Shown: positions 28,416 to 38,595 of the stretch, piece by piece
Position numbering within the stretch: the first letter of the stretch is position 1
How the letters are laid out: each line of letters opens with the position of its first letter
Assembly: GCA_965261595.1 (NCBI GenBank)
Contig: CBDHDG010000003.1
Location: 224,001-288,000 of the forward strand
Length of the DNA stretch: 64,000 bases
Direction of reading: 5' to 3'
Source: a bacterium
GTDB taxonomy: Bacteria > UBA8248 > JACPRG01 > G963555815
The notes under the pieces: generated by a model
Databases searched by the model: none
What the model was told of the DNA's origin: nothing
The model's input: only the letters and a program-made list of their open reading frames with translations
Translations under genes and position numbers: made by a program

Positions 28416-29705
28416 ATGCAGCGCGAAGCCATCCATTGTCCGAAGGTCCCCCGGCCCGTCATGGGGTCCCACGCCGTCAAGGCCGGGGACTTTGTCTTCC
28501 TGGGCGGGCAGATCCCGTCCGATTACAAAAACGGGCTCGCCCCCGAGGTGAAAAATAACAGCCGCGGTGTCTCCAACCCGGTGGACCTGTCGAAGATTCA
28601 GTCGGATTACATCCTCAAAAACGCGCGGGCCATCCTGAAATCCGCCGGGTCGTCTTTCAAGAACGGCGTCCGGATCGATCAGTTCGTGACACGGCCCGAG
28701 GCCGCCTCTCCGTATCTGGACACCCGCAAACGGTTTGTGCCGCCCTCCATCCGGCCGGCCAGCACCCACGTCGCGATCGAGGCCCTGGCTGTGCCCGACG
28801 CGTTGGTGGGGCTCGAGCTGATTGCCGTCACGGACGCCGGAGCGGCCCGGAAGCGGATCATCGACATGGAGGGCGTCCCCAAGTCTCCGGGCGGACCTTT
28901 CGCGGGGGGGCCGCAGGCGGTTGCGGCGGGGGACTTCATCTTCTTGACCGGCCAGATCGCGAGCGATTTCAAAACCGGCATCGTCCCCGAGGCCCGGAAG
29001 GATCCCGGTTTCTGGTACGGCTCGGCCATCGGGCTTCAGACCGAATACGTCCTGAAGCGTCTTCAGATGGTTCTCGAAGAGGCGGAGAGCTCGCTCGATC
29101 ACGTCGTCAAAGCCGATGTGTGGCTCATGGACATGGAGGACGTCCGTGAGTTCGATGAGGTCTGGAAGGAGTATTTCCCGAAAAATCCGCCCGCGCGGAG
29201 CCTCCTGCCGGTCAGCCGGATCGCCGATGCCGAATGCCTGATCGAGATCAACCTGATTGCCGTCCGGGAAGGGGGGAAGGCGAAAAAAAAGAGCGTTATG
29301 GCCAGGGGCGTCCCCGCGCCGGGGGGCCACCAGCCCCACGCGGTTCGCGCCGGGGATTTCCTGTTCCTGTCTGGGATTTTTGCGGCCGACGACGGCCGGG
29401 AGATCGCTCCGCAGGCGCGGATTCACCCGGACATGCCTTGGTTCGGCGCCGCCGGCCGCCGGCAGACCGAGCATATCCTGAGCCAAATGGAGAAAATCTG
29501 CCAGGCGGGCGGGAGCCGCCTCGCGGACGTTGTCTGGACGCAGAACTTCTACACGGACTTCAGTGAGTTCGACGCCTCTCGCGAAGTCTGGGAGCGGGTT
29601 TTTCCGAAAGCGCCCCCGGCGGCGCTGGTTTGCGGGGTGAGGCCCCCCCAATGGGTTCGGGGCTGCACGATCCAGATGGATGCCGTGGCCATCGTCGCAC
29701 GTTAG
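28416..29705 (+). CDS. RidA (YjgF/YER057c/UK114) family protein with three tandem domains
   Basis: Three repeats: HAVKAGDFVFLGGQI, QAVAAGDFIFLTGQI, HAVRAGDFLFLSGIF. Confidence 0.85.
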   Translation: MQREAIHCPKVPRPVMGSHAVKAGDFVFLGGQIPSDYKNGLAPEVKNNSRGVSNPVDLSKIQSDYILKNARAILKSAGSSFKNGVRIDQFVTRPEAASPYLDTRKRFVPPSIRPASTHVAIEALAVPDALVGLELIAVTDAGAARKRIIDMEGVPKSPGGPFAGGPQAVAAGDFIFLTGQIASDFKTGIVPEARKDPGFWYGSAIGLQTEYVLKRLQMVLEEAESSLDHVVKADVWLMDMEDVREFDEVWKEYFPKNPPARSLLPVSRIADAECLIEINLIAVREGGKAKKKSVMARGVPAPGGHQPHAVRAGDFLFLSGIFAADDGREIAPQARIHPDMPWFGAAGRRQTEHILSQMEKICQAGGSRLADVVWTQNFYTDFSEFDASREVWERVFPKAPPAALVCGVRPPQWVRGCTIQMDAVAIVAR

Positions 29706-29790
29706 AATACGCTTCACGAGGTCACGCAGCCTCCGCGCTACACGCATCTTCTTCCAGAAAAAGGTCTCCCGGCGAAAGGAGCGGAACACC

Positions 29791-31428
29791 GTGTACGTCA
29801 ATCCCGACAGCATCCGAACCGCCTATCCCGCGGCTTGGCCGCAATATCCCTTCGATGAAGCCCCGAAGACGCCGGAGGCCTCCGTGCCCCGGTATTCGAT
29901 CTATCCGGAGGAAGGCATCCGTATCCCGATGCGCGACGGCGTCAAGCTGGCGGCGGACATCTTCCGGCCCTACGCCCCCGGGGAAAAGTTTCCCGCCCTG
30001 GTGGCGTGGTCGTGTTATTCGCGCCAGCTCCAGCACACGCCGGTCCCGCTCGGCCAGAACGAGGCGGGCATCACCCAGTTCTGGACGCCGCGAGGCTACG
30101 TCCACGTTGTGGTGGACGCCCGGGGCTCCAACGACTCCGACGGTGTGTGGGATTTCTGCGGGCCCGTCGAGCAGCACGACCTGTTCGAGACCATCGAATG
30201 GGCGGCTTCGCAGCCCTGGTGCAACGGCAACGTCGGGATGGTGGGCTGCTCCTATTTCGCGAGGAGCCAGATCATGGTGGCGGGCAGCCACCAACCCCCC
30301 AGCCTGAAAGCCATCTTCCCCTACGACGCCGCCACGGACATGTACCGCGACTCCTGTTTCCACGGCGGCATCCCGTCGGACGGTTTCCTGCGGGGCTGGT
30401 TCGCCAACATGTCCTATTTGAACTTCTGGGGCGGCCGGCTGAAGGATCCGTCCGGATTCCATCACCATTTCCAGACGGCCCTCGGTCTCAAGTTTCCCCT
30501 GGATTGCGAGTACTATCAGGAACGCTCCGCCTGGCCGAGGCTGGACCGCATCAACGTCCCCACGTACTTCGGCTGCGACTGGCAGTTCTATCAACTGCAC
30601 CTCCGGGGCGCTTTCAGCGGCTGGGAGGGCGTGAACGGCGTCCCCAAGCGGATGCTGATCGGTCCGGTTCCGCAGCCCCGCAGGCCCTTCGCGAATTATC
30701 ACCAGGAGGCCCTTCGGTGGTACGACCAATGGCTGAAGGGCATGGACACCCGGGTCATGGAGGGGCCGCCCATCCAGCTTTATATCCAGGGGGAGGACGT
30801 CTGGCGATCGGAGGACGAGTGGCCCCTGGCCCGCACCGTATGGACGGACTTCCACCTGGGCGGTCCGCGGGACGGCCTGGTGGGGACGCTCTCGGACTCC
30901 CCGGGAAGCGGCGGGGAGCGGACCTACGAATACGATCCCCTGAGCGAGGAGAGCCGGTACGGGAATCCGCGGTTAGTTTACCGGACCGAGCCCATGGCCG
31001 AGCCCATGGAGGTGACCGGCCCCATTGTCCTGAATCTGGCGGCGAAATCCTCGGCGGAGGATACGGACTGGTTCGTCGTTTTGATGGATGAAGGCCCGGA
31101 CGGCGAGTCGAGGACCCTGACGAAGGGCTGGCTCCGGTCGTCCCACCGGGAGGTGGACGCGGAGAGAAGCAAGCCCTGGCAGCCTTGGCATACGCACGCC
31201 AGCGAAATCCCGCTGACGCCGAACCAGCCCGAGACATTCGCCATCGAAATCATGCCGACCTGCAACGTTTTCCAGCCGGGCCACCGGGTGCGGTTGGAGA
31301 TCGCGAGCTGCGATTCGGTCGCCGACAACTTCTTCTGGTATCACGCCGCGAAAGCCCTCAAGGCCCGGAATACGGTCCTGGAAGGATCGGGCGGCTCGCG
31401 CCTGGTGTTGCCCGTGATTCCGCGATAG
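29791..31428 (+). CDS. CocE/NonD family hydrolase (peptidase S15)
   Basis: IPMRDGVKLAADIFRP, DARGS, WCNGNVGMVGCSY, C-terminal PepX_C-like GHRVRLEI; GTG start after an AAGGAG RBS. Confidence 0.9.
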   Translation: MYVNPDSIRTAYPAAWPQYPFDEAPKTPEASVPRYSIYPEEGIRIPMRDGVKLAADIFRPYAPGEKFPALVAWSCYSRQLQHTPVPLGQNEAGITQFWTPRGYVHVVVDARGSNDSDGVWDFCGPVEQHDLFETIEWAASQPWCNGNVGMVGCSYFARSQIMVAGSHQPPSLKAIFPYDAATDMYRDSCFHGGIPSDGFLRGWFANMSYLNFWGGRLKDPSGFHHHFQTALGLKFPLDCEYYQERSAWPRLDRINVPTYFGCDWQFYQLHLRGAFSGWEGVNGVPKRMLIGPVPQPRRPFANYHQEALRWYDQWLKGMDTRVMEGPPIQLYIQGEDVWRSEDEWPLARTVWTDFHLGGPRDGLVGTLSDSPGSGGERTYEYDPLSEESRYGNPRLVYRTEPMAEPMEVTGPIVLNLAAKSSAEDTDWFVVLMDEGPDGESRTLTKGWLRSSHREVDAERSKPWQPWHTHASEIPLTPNQPETFAIEIMPTCNVFQPGHRVRLEIASCDSVADNFFWYHAAKALKARNTVLEGSGGSRLVLPVIPR

Positions 31429-31457
31429 CGCGCGCCAGAAATGGATGAGATTTTGCG

Positions 31458-31958
31458 ATGATCATTGAAGGAAAACTCGATATCGCGGCCCCCATCCAGG
31501 AGGTCTGGGATTTTGTGATGGACATGGAGGCGTTCGCGTCCTGCGTGCCGGGCCTGGACGAGATCGCTCCATTGGACGACCGGACCTTCGATGGGGTGAT
31601 CGGCGCCAAGGTCGGCCCCATGTCCGGGAAGTTCCGGTTCCGGGCGTCCATCACCGAGATCGTCCCGCCCACGGACATGAAGGTTCGCGTGGAGGGGATG
31701 GATGACATGACCCGGAGCGCCATCAACGCGTGGGTCACGCTGAACCTGACCCCATCCGATCCGGCCGGGACGAAAATGACCCATCATTTCGACGCCGAGA
31801 TCAAAGGCCGAATCGCAATCGTCGGCGACATGATCCTCCGGGGCGTGGCCGGTGTGATGCTCAAGGAGTTTTCGAGACGGCTCCGCCGGCGCCTGGAGCG
31901 GGCCGAGGCGGGGCGGGACGACGCTGAGGAGAAACAGGGTGATGGCCGAGCCATATGA
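31458..31958 (+). CDS. CoxG/SRPBCC family protein
   Basis: APIQEVWDFV, ASCVPG, KVGPM. Confidence 0.85.
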   Translation: MIIEGKLDIAAPIQEVWDFVMDMEAFASCVPGLDEIAPLDDRTFDGVIGAKVGPMSGKFRFRASITEIVPPTDMKVRVEGMDDMTRSAINAWVTLNLTPSDPAGTKMTHHFDAEIKGRIAIVGDMILRGVAGVMLKEFSRRLRRRLERAEAGRDDAEEKQGDGRAI

Positions 31959-33447
31959 CGTGATCATCATCGGGGGCGGATCGGCGGGATGTGTAGCCGC
32001 CTCCCGGCTTTCCGAGGACCCCGGACGAAGCGTCCTTCTGCTCGATCGCTCGCCCGACCCGCAGCCGCTTCCGGACCTGGTCGCCGAATCCGCCAAGGTC
32101 GGACGGCTCCTTCTGGAGTCTCCCTACATTGAAATGTTTCCCTCGGACCGGTCCATTGACGGGAGCGTGTACTACTCCCTCGCCGGCCGGGTCCTGGGCG
32201 GCGGCTCCTCGGTCAATATGATGACGGTCATCCGGGCGATTCCGGCCGACTTCGAGGCTTGGGCCTCGTCCGGCAACCCCGAATGGGCTTGGGACAAGGT
32301 GCTTCCCGTCTTCAAGCGGATCGAGGCGGACCAGGATTATCCGGATCACCCCTTCCACGGCAGCGACGGCCCCCTGTATACCAAGCGGCGGGCGACCTCC
32401 TTCGACCAGATCACCAGTCCGCTGGAGCGCGCCCAAATGGACGGGGCCGTCGAGCTGGGGCTTCCGCTCATTGAGGACCAGAACCTTCCGAACCCCTGGG
32501 GGATCTCCATCACCGCGTACAACGTGAAGGACGGGATGCGGCAGTCCTCCGTGGTCGCTTTTCTGTCGGACGCCCGTTCCCGGCCCAATCTGACCATCAT
32601 CGACGAGGCCCTGGTCCATTCGTTGGACATCGAGGGGGACCGGGTCACGGCGGTCCGGTATGAGCGTAAGGGGCAGGTTCAGACGGTTTCGGGCGGTGAG
32701 GTCGTTTTGAGCGCGGGGACCTATCACTCTCCGCAAATCCTGATGCTCTCGGGGATCGGCCCGCCCGCGGAGCTTGAGCGCCTCGGCGTCCCGGTCGTTC
32801 ATGCGCTGAAGGGCATCGGCGAGAACCACCAGGACCACGCGGTCGTCTTTCTGCAATTCGAGGGCGCGAAAGAGCACATTGAGGACTGGATCACGCCCTG
32901 CACCATGATGAACCTGAAGAGCGACCCGAGTCTCGAATACTCGGATTTCCAGGCCATCATCCGTCAGCCCGCCGAGCTGGAAGGGTTGGGGCAGGTGAAC
33001 ACAATCTCCGTTCACCTCATCGAGCAGCGCTCGCGGGGCCGGATCCATCTGAAAAACACCGACCCAACCGCGTTGCCCGGCATCGACCCGCGGATGCTGG
33101 AAGACCCTGCGGACATCGAGGCCATGGTCACCGTCATGCGGTTCATCGATACGCTGGCGAAGACCAAGGCCATGAGCGAGTTTTACGGGCCGCTTTTCCT
33201 GCCGGGTCCGGATGAAGATTGGGCGGAATACGCGCGAAAGACGTATGACAGCTTCCACCACGGCGTCGGCACATGCAAGATGGGCCCGGCGTCCGATGAC
33301 CTCGCCGTTGTGGATGAGCGGCTTCGCGTCCATGGAATGTCCAATCTGTGGGTGGCCGACGCCTCGATCATGCCCGTCATCCCGCACGCCCACACCAATA
33401 ACACTTCGCTGATGATCGGCCAGCGGTTGGCGGATTTCATGAAATAA
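31942..33447 (+). CDS. GMC family oxidoreductase
   Basis: GGGSAGC, GRVLGGGSSVN, SPQILMLSGIG, HGVGTCKMG, DASIMP. Confidence 0.92.
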   Translation: MAEPYDVIIIGGGSAGCVAASRLSEDPGRSVLLLDRSPDPQPLPDLVAESAKVGRLLLESPYIEMFPSDRSIDGSVYYSLAGRVLGGGSSVNMMTVIRAIPADFEAWASSGNPEWAWDKVLPVFKRIEADQDYPDHPFHGSDGPLYTKRRATSFDQITSPLERAQMDGAVELGLPLIEDQNLPNPWGISITAYNVKDGMRQSSVVAFLSDARSRPNLTIIDEALVHSLDIEGDRVTAVRYERKGQVQTVSGGEVVLSAGTYHSPQILMLSGIGPPAELERLGVPVVHALKGIGENHQDHAVVFLQFEGAKEHIEDWITPCTMMNLKSDPSLEYSDFQAIIRQPAELEGLGQVNTISVHLIEQRSRGRIHLKNTDPTALPGIDPRMLEDPADIEAMVTVMRFIDTLAKTKAMSEFYGPLFLPGPDEDWAEYARKTYDSFHHGVGTCKMGPASDDLAVVDERLRVHGMSNLWVADASIMPVIPHAHTNNTSLMIGQRLADFMK

Positions 33448-33708
33448 GAGGGATGTCCGGATTCGCGATGCCCTGCCGAAGGCTGCCACACGGAGCGTCG
33501 CCCGCCGAGGGAATGGAAGAGGCCCCTCAAAGGCTTTTGGCCGATCCGATTGATTCGTGTAAAAACTACGATAGCGAATTAATCACATCAGCGGCAATCG
33601 CCCGGGCTCTTTGCGTGGGGAGAAGCAGGCGTTCTTTCACCATCTTAACATCACCGCCGCCGCCCCTTGATTAATTGGAGGGTGCGTAAATGGCAAAATG
33701 GGATATAT

Positions 33709-35403
33709 CCCGCATTTCCCATATGGATGATAATTTTTAACGCCCCGAAGGCCGTTTTCTCGTGTAAAATCAAGGTGTTGGCCTCTCCCTGCCATCATCT
33801 TGCGAGGGGACCCGATGGGTGAAGCGAAAAAGAGGCCGTTGAGGCTCCAATTCGACGGTCGGCTCAGGCTGGAGTTTCACGGAGCAAAGGTTACGAGTGA
33901 CGCCGGTTTGCTTGCCTATCGTGAACTGGATGAGGTGTTGGGGCTGACGAAGGCGGCCGAGGGGTTTCTGTCCGATTCACGGACGGGCGGGAACACCCGG
34001 CACAGCCTCACCGCTTTGGTGCGCCAGTCGGTCTACAGCCGCCTGGCAGGATATAAAGACACCAATGATGCCGAGCGGCTCTGTGTCGATCCCGCCATGC
34101 GTCAGGTGGTTGGGGGGCGAGCGAAGTATCACACCGCTGCCTCCACCAGCCAGATGAGCCGATTCGAGACGCAGACCCTCACCCGGCCCCTTAACCCCTC
34201 AAGGCGCTGAGCGGTCTGCCCGGTGTGTTGGTGGATCGTGTCCGCAAACGCAAGCCGATTCGCAAGCTGATCCTGGACATGGACAGTTCGGTCAGCCCGA
34301 CCCACGGTGAGCAGGAAGGCTCTTCCTACAACGGCCACTTCGGCTGCACCTGCTATCACCCACTGTTTTGCTTCAACCAGTTTGGCGATCTGGAGCGGGC
34401 GCTGTTGCGCAACGGCAAGGTCCACAGCGCTGATGACTGGTGGTCTGTATTGGAGCCGGTGGTAGCTCGCTACCGGGATGCGAAGGTCTGTCGGTTTTTT
34501 CGAGGCGACGCGGCATTTGCCAAGCCGGAGGTGTACCGATACCTTGAGGCGGAGGGCTACTCCTATGCGATTCGGCTTCCGGCCAACGCCATCTTGTACA
34601 GGGACATCGAATACCTTCTGACCCGGCCGGTTGGCCGACCGCCCAAAAGGCCCATTATCTTCTACCACAGCGTCTCCTATCAGGCGGCTAGTTGGGAGAA
34701 GCCTCGCCGGGTGGTGGTGGCGGTCGAGTGGCACCAGGGCGAGTTGTTTCCAAGAGTCAGCTTCATCGTGACCAACCTGCACTGGCGGGAAGAGAACGTC
34801 GTGAGGTTCTACAACCAGCGTGGGACGGCGGAGCAGTGGATCAAGGAGGGCAAGTACGCCCTGAACTGGACGCGCCTGTCCTGCCACGGCTTTGAAGAGA
34901 ACCAGGTTCGCTTGCAACTATTTGCCTTGGCGTACAACCTGGCAAACTTCCTGCGGCGGCTGGCGTTGCCCAGAGCGGTGAAGCACTGGTCGCTGACGAC
35001 GTTACGCGAGAAGCTGATTAAGATTGGGGCCAAGGTGGTCACCCACGCCCGGCACACCACCTTCCAGATGGCCGAGGTGGCCGTGCCGCGTCAACTGTTC
35101 AGGGCAATCCTTGAACGAATTCGACGGTTGTGGTTACCGCCTCCCGTACCAGATACCGGATGACGGAGCAGATGGCCCGGAAGCTTAGTGACGTGGTGGA
35201 GACGGGGGATCAGTCTGTGCCGAACTCCCCTGAGTGTGCCGGTAGAGCTGGGTTTTCAAGGGATTGCGGCTTTAGGACGGCCGTTGCCCCTCGATTGAGC
35301 AGAGGGTTCTGCAAAGAGACCCTGAATCTGTAGTAAAATGGGGTACTTTGATGACACAGGAGGACCGCAGGATGGCTAAGAGTGGTCATCTGGGAAATCC
35401 CGG
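33709..35403 (+). mobile_element. IS1380-family element B; transposase 33815-35163 frameshifted near 34195
   Basis: IRL identical to A at the tip (CCCGCATTTCCCATATGGAT), IRR CATCTGGGAAATCCCGG; two extra C at AAC-CC-CTC; flanks TATAT and TTTAA do not match. Confidence 0.9.
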
Positions 35404-36012
35404 TTTAAATCAAGACAACTCTTGTATTGACCACCCGTTGCTCTTTAACTCAATTAGAGCCCTCTTTACCGGGGCTGTCAACACCATTTCGGGCGCCTGA
35501 AACCCTGATCGGAGCGGTATCCGCCATTGGAAAACCATGTCAGCGCCGGCGTGTAAACGGGCTTGACCACCAGGTTTGGAGTCTTCGTCATTTTGCCCTT
35601 GTGTGGACTCCGCTTAGGGTCGCTAGACAGGCACCGGGCATCATCGCTTGATTCTCTCCAAGATAAGGGCAAATGTCTTCCTGGATACACCGACCTCGGC
35701 CAACTGGAAGGTGATGTGGCGGGCGTACCGCACGAGCCGGCCGCCCATTTTGAGGAGCTTAAGCTGAAGGCCGCGTAACGACCAGTGCTTGATCCCTCTC
35801 GGCAGGCCAGCAATCCCGCATCCGAAGTCATTCTGGTTCCGTGAAACTCAAGCCTCAGCCGACGCTCAAAACGGACCTTCAACGCCCACTTTTTCGCTTC
35901 ACCCATTGGATTACCCCGCGAGAGGATGGCTCGGGGAGGCTCATGCATTGATTTTACTCCAGAAAATGTCCTCCGGTCCGACAAAAGTTATGATCCATAT
36001 GGGATATCTGGG
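35404..36012 (-). mobile_element. Internally deleted IS1380 derivative C
   Basis: IRL CCCAGATATCCCATATG at 36012; MGEAKK...[11 protein letters not shown] joined to the C-terminal IKHWSLRGLQLKLLKMGG...; the right tip is missing where element B abuts. Confidence 0.85.
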
Positions 36013-36295
36013 TCAATCCCGTTTCTGCGAAATATTGTCGAAATGACGACCGGCGATACCGACCCGAATTACTTAACCTCACGGCCATGTTGCATTGGAA
36101 GGAGGGGTCAGACGCGATCACGGTAGGTCAGTTGGACGATATAAATAACTCAATCTGCAATACAGATGGGGCTTCAGCAGACCCAACAAAGTTGATTTGC
36201 CAGCTACTGGTGGAAGAAGCCGAAGTATGTTTGGGCGCACAAGCGGGTATGAACCTTGAGAATAAGATCGTACTCGCTATTGCCATACGAATGGG

Positions 36296-37738
36296 GAGGG
36301 TGTCCCGAATTCAGTTGAAGGTTTGAGGCGGCGGTCCGTGTGTGGTTCACCTTATGCGACCTCCTCTCGGGTGTCAAAGCGGGGCTCGTCCAGAACGGCC
36401 TTCAGGATCCACAGGTCCCGGTAGCCGTCCAGGCGACGGAAGTTCTTCTCGGTGGCGAGGAAGGCGGAAGCGGCCCACCTTTTCACCATCGCCCCGTCCC
36501 GCCAGCGGCCGACGCGCCGGGTGCGCATCCGCACCCCCGAACAGGGACTCTCGATCAGGTTCGTGCTCACCAGGCAGCGCCGAAGGCCGGGCGGAAGAGC
36601 CAAGCGGTTGACGGTGAAGATCTCCTCCAGACCCTCCAAAAGGCTGGCGGCCGCGTCCGGATGCTCGATCTGAAGCCACCGGGCCTGCTTGCGCAGACGG
36701 GCAATCCCCTCCTTCGGCGCCAGCCGCCAGGCCGCCTTCATCGTCGCCTTCACCGGATCCTTCAACTCCTCGGGCAGGTGGTCCATCACGTTCTTCACCT
36801 TGTGGTTGCGGCACCGCTGCACCGGATTGTCGTCCCCGTACACCCGGTCAATCGCCGCACGAAGCGCCCTCGAGCCGTCGATGACAAAAAGCCGACGCCG
36901 CCCGGGCCGCACGCCGCGCTCCACCAACTCCTCAAGAAGCGCCGTCACGACCGTGGCGTTCTCGGTGGCGCCCGACCTCAGGCCCAGAACGTGCTTTTGG
37001 CCCCGTGTGTCCACCCCAACGGCCACGATGACGTGATGCGCGCCGAAGCGCAGACCGTCCAGGTAGAGGATGAGGAGGTCGATGTCGTCAAAACGCCGCT
37101 CACAAAGACGCCGCAGCTTCGCCTCGGCCGCCTCGATGCTCTCCCGGCTCACGGCCGACTTCGACACCCCCACCGTCTCGGCCAGCTCGGGAAGAACGGC
37201 CGCGTAGTTCCGCGTCGAGACCCCTCGCATCAGCAAATCCAGCATCCGCTCCCCCAGCCCGGGGTCGGCCTGCATGGCCGCATACGCCGGCACCTCCACC
37301 TCCCCGCCCCGACCCTGGCCCCGGCGGCGAAGCCGCGGCTTTCTCACCTTCAGCTTGCGCCCCTTCAGGGTCACCCGGCCCCCCTGGCTGCCGTGCCGGC
37401 GGACCTCGCCACCCCGCTTGCCTGGATGCGGCGCGCCCGTCAAGCCCTTGGCCGACAGCAAAAGCACGGCCTCCAGGCCCGCCCGGCCCATGACGTCCAT
37501 CAGGTCCTCCACCGCCAGTTGGGACTGCTCCACCAGCGACACCAGAGGAAAAAACGCCTGCCCGTGCTCCGCCACAAAGGCGGCCAACCTTTGGGTCTCT
37601 TTCTTCTCGATGATCTGGTAAGCTTCACTCATGGCGGTTCCTCCTCTTTGAATGTTTGCCAACCCGATTCTAACCGAGTCGGCAGGAGTGAACCGCCACC
37701 TCTTTTTCTCAACCTTCAACTATGAATGGGACAGGCTC
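36296..37738 (-). mobile_element. IS256-family element (1443 bp), 8-bp target duplication CGAATGGG
   Basis: CGAATGGG at 36288-36295 and 37739-37746; imperfect IRs GAGGGTGTCCC...GTTGAAGGTT and AACCTTCAAC...GGGACAGGCTC. Confidence 0.92.
36352..37632 (-). CDS. IS256 family transposase (apparently intact)
   Basis: GVSTR, LYLDG, VIDGS, QRCRNHK, STNLIES. Confidence 0.92.
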   Translation of the reverse strand: MSEAYQIIEKKETQRLAAFVAEHGQAFFPLVSLVEQSQLAVEDLMDVMGRAGLEAVLLLSAKGLTGAPHPGKRGGEVRRHGSQGGRVTLKGRKLKVRKPRLRRRGQGRGGEVEVPAYAAMQADPGLGERMLDLLMRGVSTRNYAAVLPELAETVGVSKSAVSRESIEAAEAKLRRLCERRFDDIDLLILYLDGLRFGAHHVIVAVGVDTRGQKHVLGLRSGATENATVVTALLEELVERGVRPGRRRLFVIDGSRALRAAIDRVYGDDNPVQRCRNHKVKNVMDHLPEELKDPVKATMKAAWRLAPKEGIARLRKQARWLQIEHPDAAASLLEGLEEIFTVNRLALPPGLRRCLVSTNLIESPCSGVRMRTRRVGRWRDGAMVKRWAASAFLATEKNFRRLDGYRDLWILKAVLDEPRFDTREEVA

Positions 37739-37999
37739 CGAATGGGAGCGGAACGATTCATGATCGATCGCATTGCCGATCCCGCATTTGTGGCGGAGAT
37801 TACCGCCCACCAAACGCAGATCTTAATCGAGAAATTCGAGAAACTTTTCTGCGACGATCAAGAGACCATAACAACACTGTATCAGGTTGCGCTGATGACG
37901 CCGGAGAATATCCATGTGAACTCTTTTATGTATGAGCCCATTGTTGATATGTCGGATGATCACCTACGCAAGCTGTACCGCAAAATAAAGGCGTTGCAT

Positions 38000-38316
38000 G
38001 GACTATCTCCTTATCTCGTTTTTCTTGGTCAGGTTTTCTCTTTCGGAACATAACTCGACGCTCGGGTGGGCGTGGTGTCAATACCGCGTCCACCATTTCA
38101 TCGAACTTACCGTAAAGAGGATTTGTTAGTTTCGTCTCGGTGTCTGACTTGGAAGATTTTTCTTCCGCCATATCACCTGGTCAGGTTGGAGTAGGTCAGC
38201 CTTCGACCGAACATGCCAGAGACAATTCGCTCCAAGCAAGCTATCGTGTCACCCTTCATGTCATAGCGTCCCGAGAATTCTGTCAAGTCCAATATTAACC
38301 CAAATATATAAGTCCC
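38000..38316 (-). mobile_element. IS1595-family-like remnant (transposase C-terminal tail plus small downstream ORF)
   Basis: EFSGRYD...DTI...IVSGMFGRRLTYSNL resembles the IS1595 GKRLTY tail; GGGACTTATATAT end-like sequence at 38316; left limit uncertain. Confidence 0.55.
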
Positions 38317-38327
38317 AAAAATATCCC

Positions 38328-38540
38328 CCCGCCAGGTCGGCAAGCCCGCATCCGAAGTGATTCGGCTTTCATGGAGCTCAAGCCTCAGCCGCTGGTCAAA
38401 CCGGACCCGCAAAGCCCCCTTCTTGACTTCACCCATGAGGCTCCTGTGTCGAAATGTGACCCGGGGAGGCTAACGGCTTGTTTTACACCAGATACAAGAA
38501 CCACCTTGGTGAAAACCTACGATCCTCCAGGCAATCCGGG
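38328..38540 (-). mobile_element. IS1380 left-end remnant D
   Basis: [32 protein letters not shown] from 38436; degenerate IR CCCGGATTGCC at 38540. Confidence 0.75.
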
Positions 38541-38595
38541 TATAATCACGCCAATCGGCAATTCACGGCGATCAGTTCCATCTTCAGGGGACAAA

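Larger units (their letters stand above)
36013..38053 (+). pseudogene. C-terminal fragment of a large hypothetical protein (resembles ATPases often annotated as phage-infection/resistance proteins), split by IS256
   Basis: SIPFLRNIVE..., LHWK, LENKIVLAIAIRMG|AERFM..., LMTPENIHVNSFMYEPIVDMS; rejoins in frame across the 8-bp duplication; frameshift near 36078; 5' part cut by IS1380-C. Confidence 0.55.
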
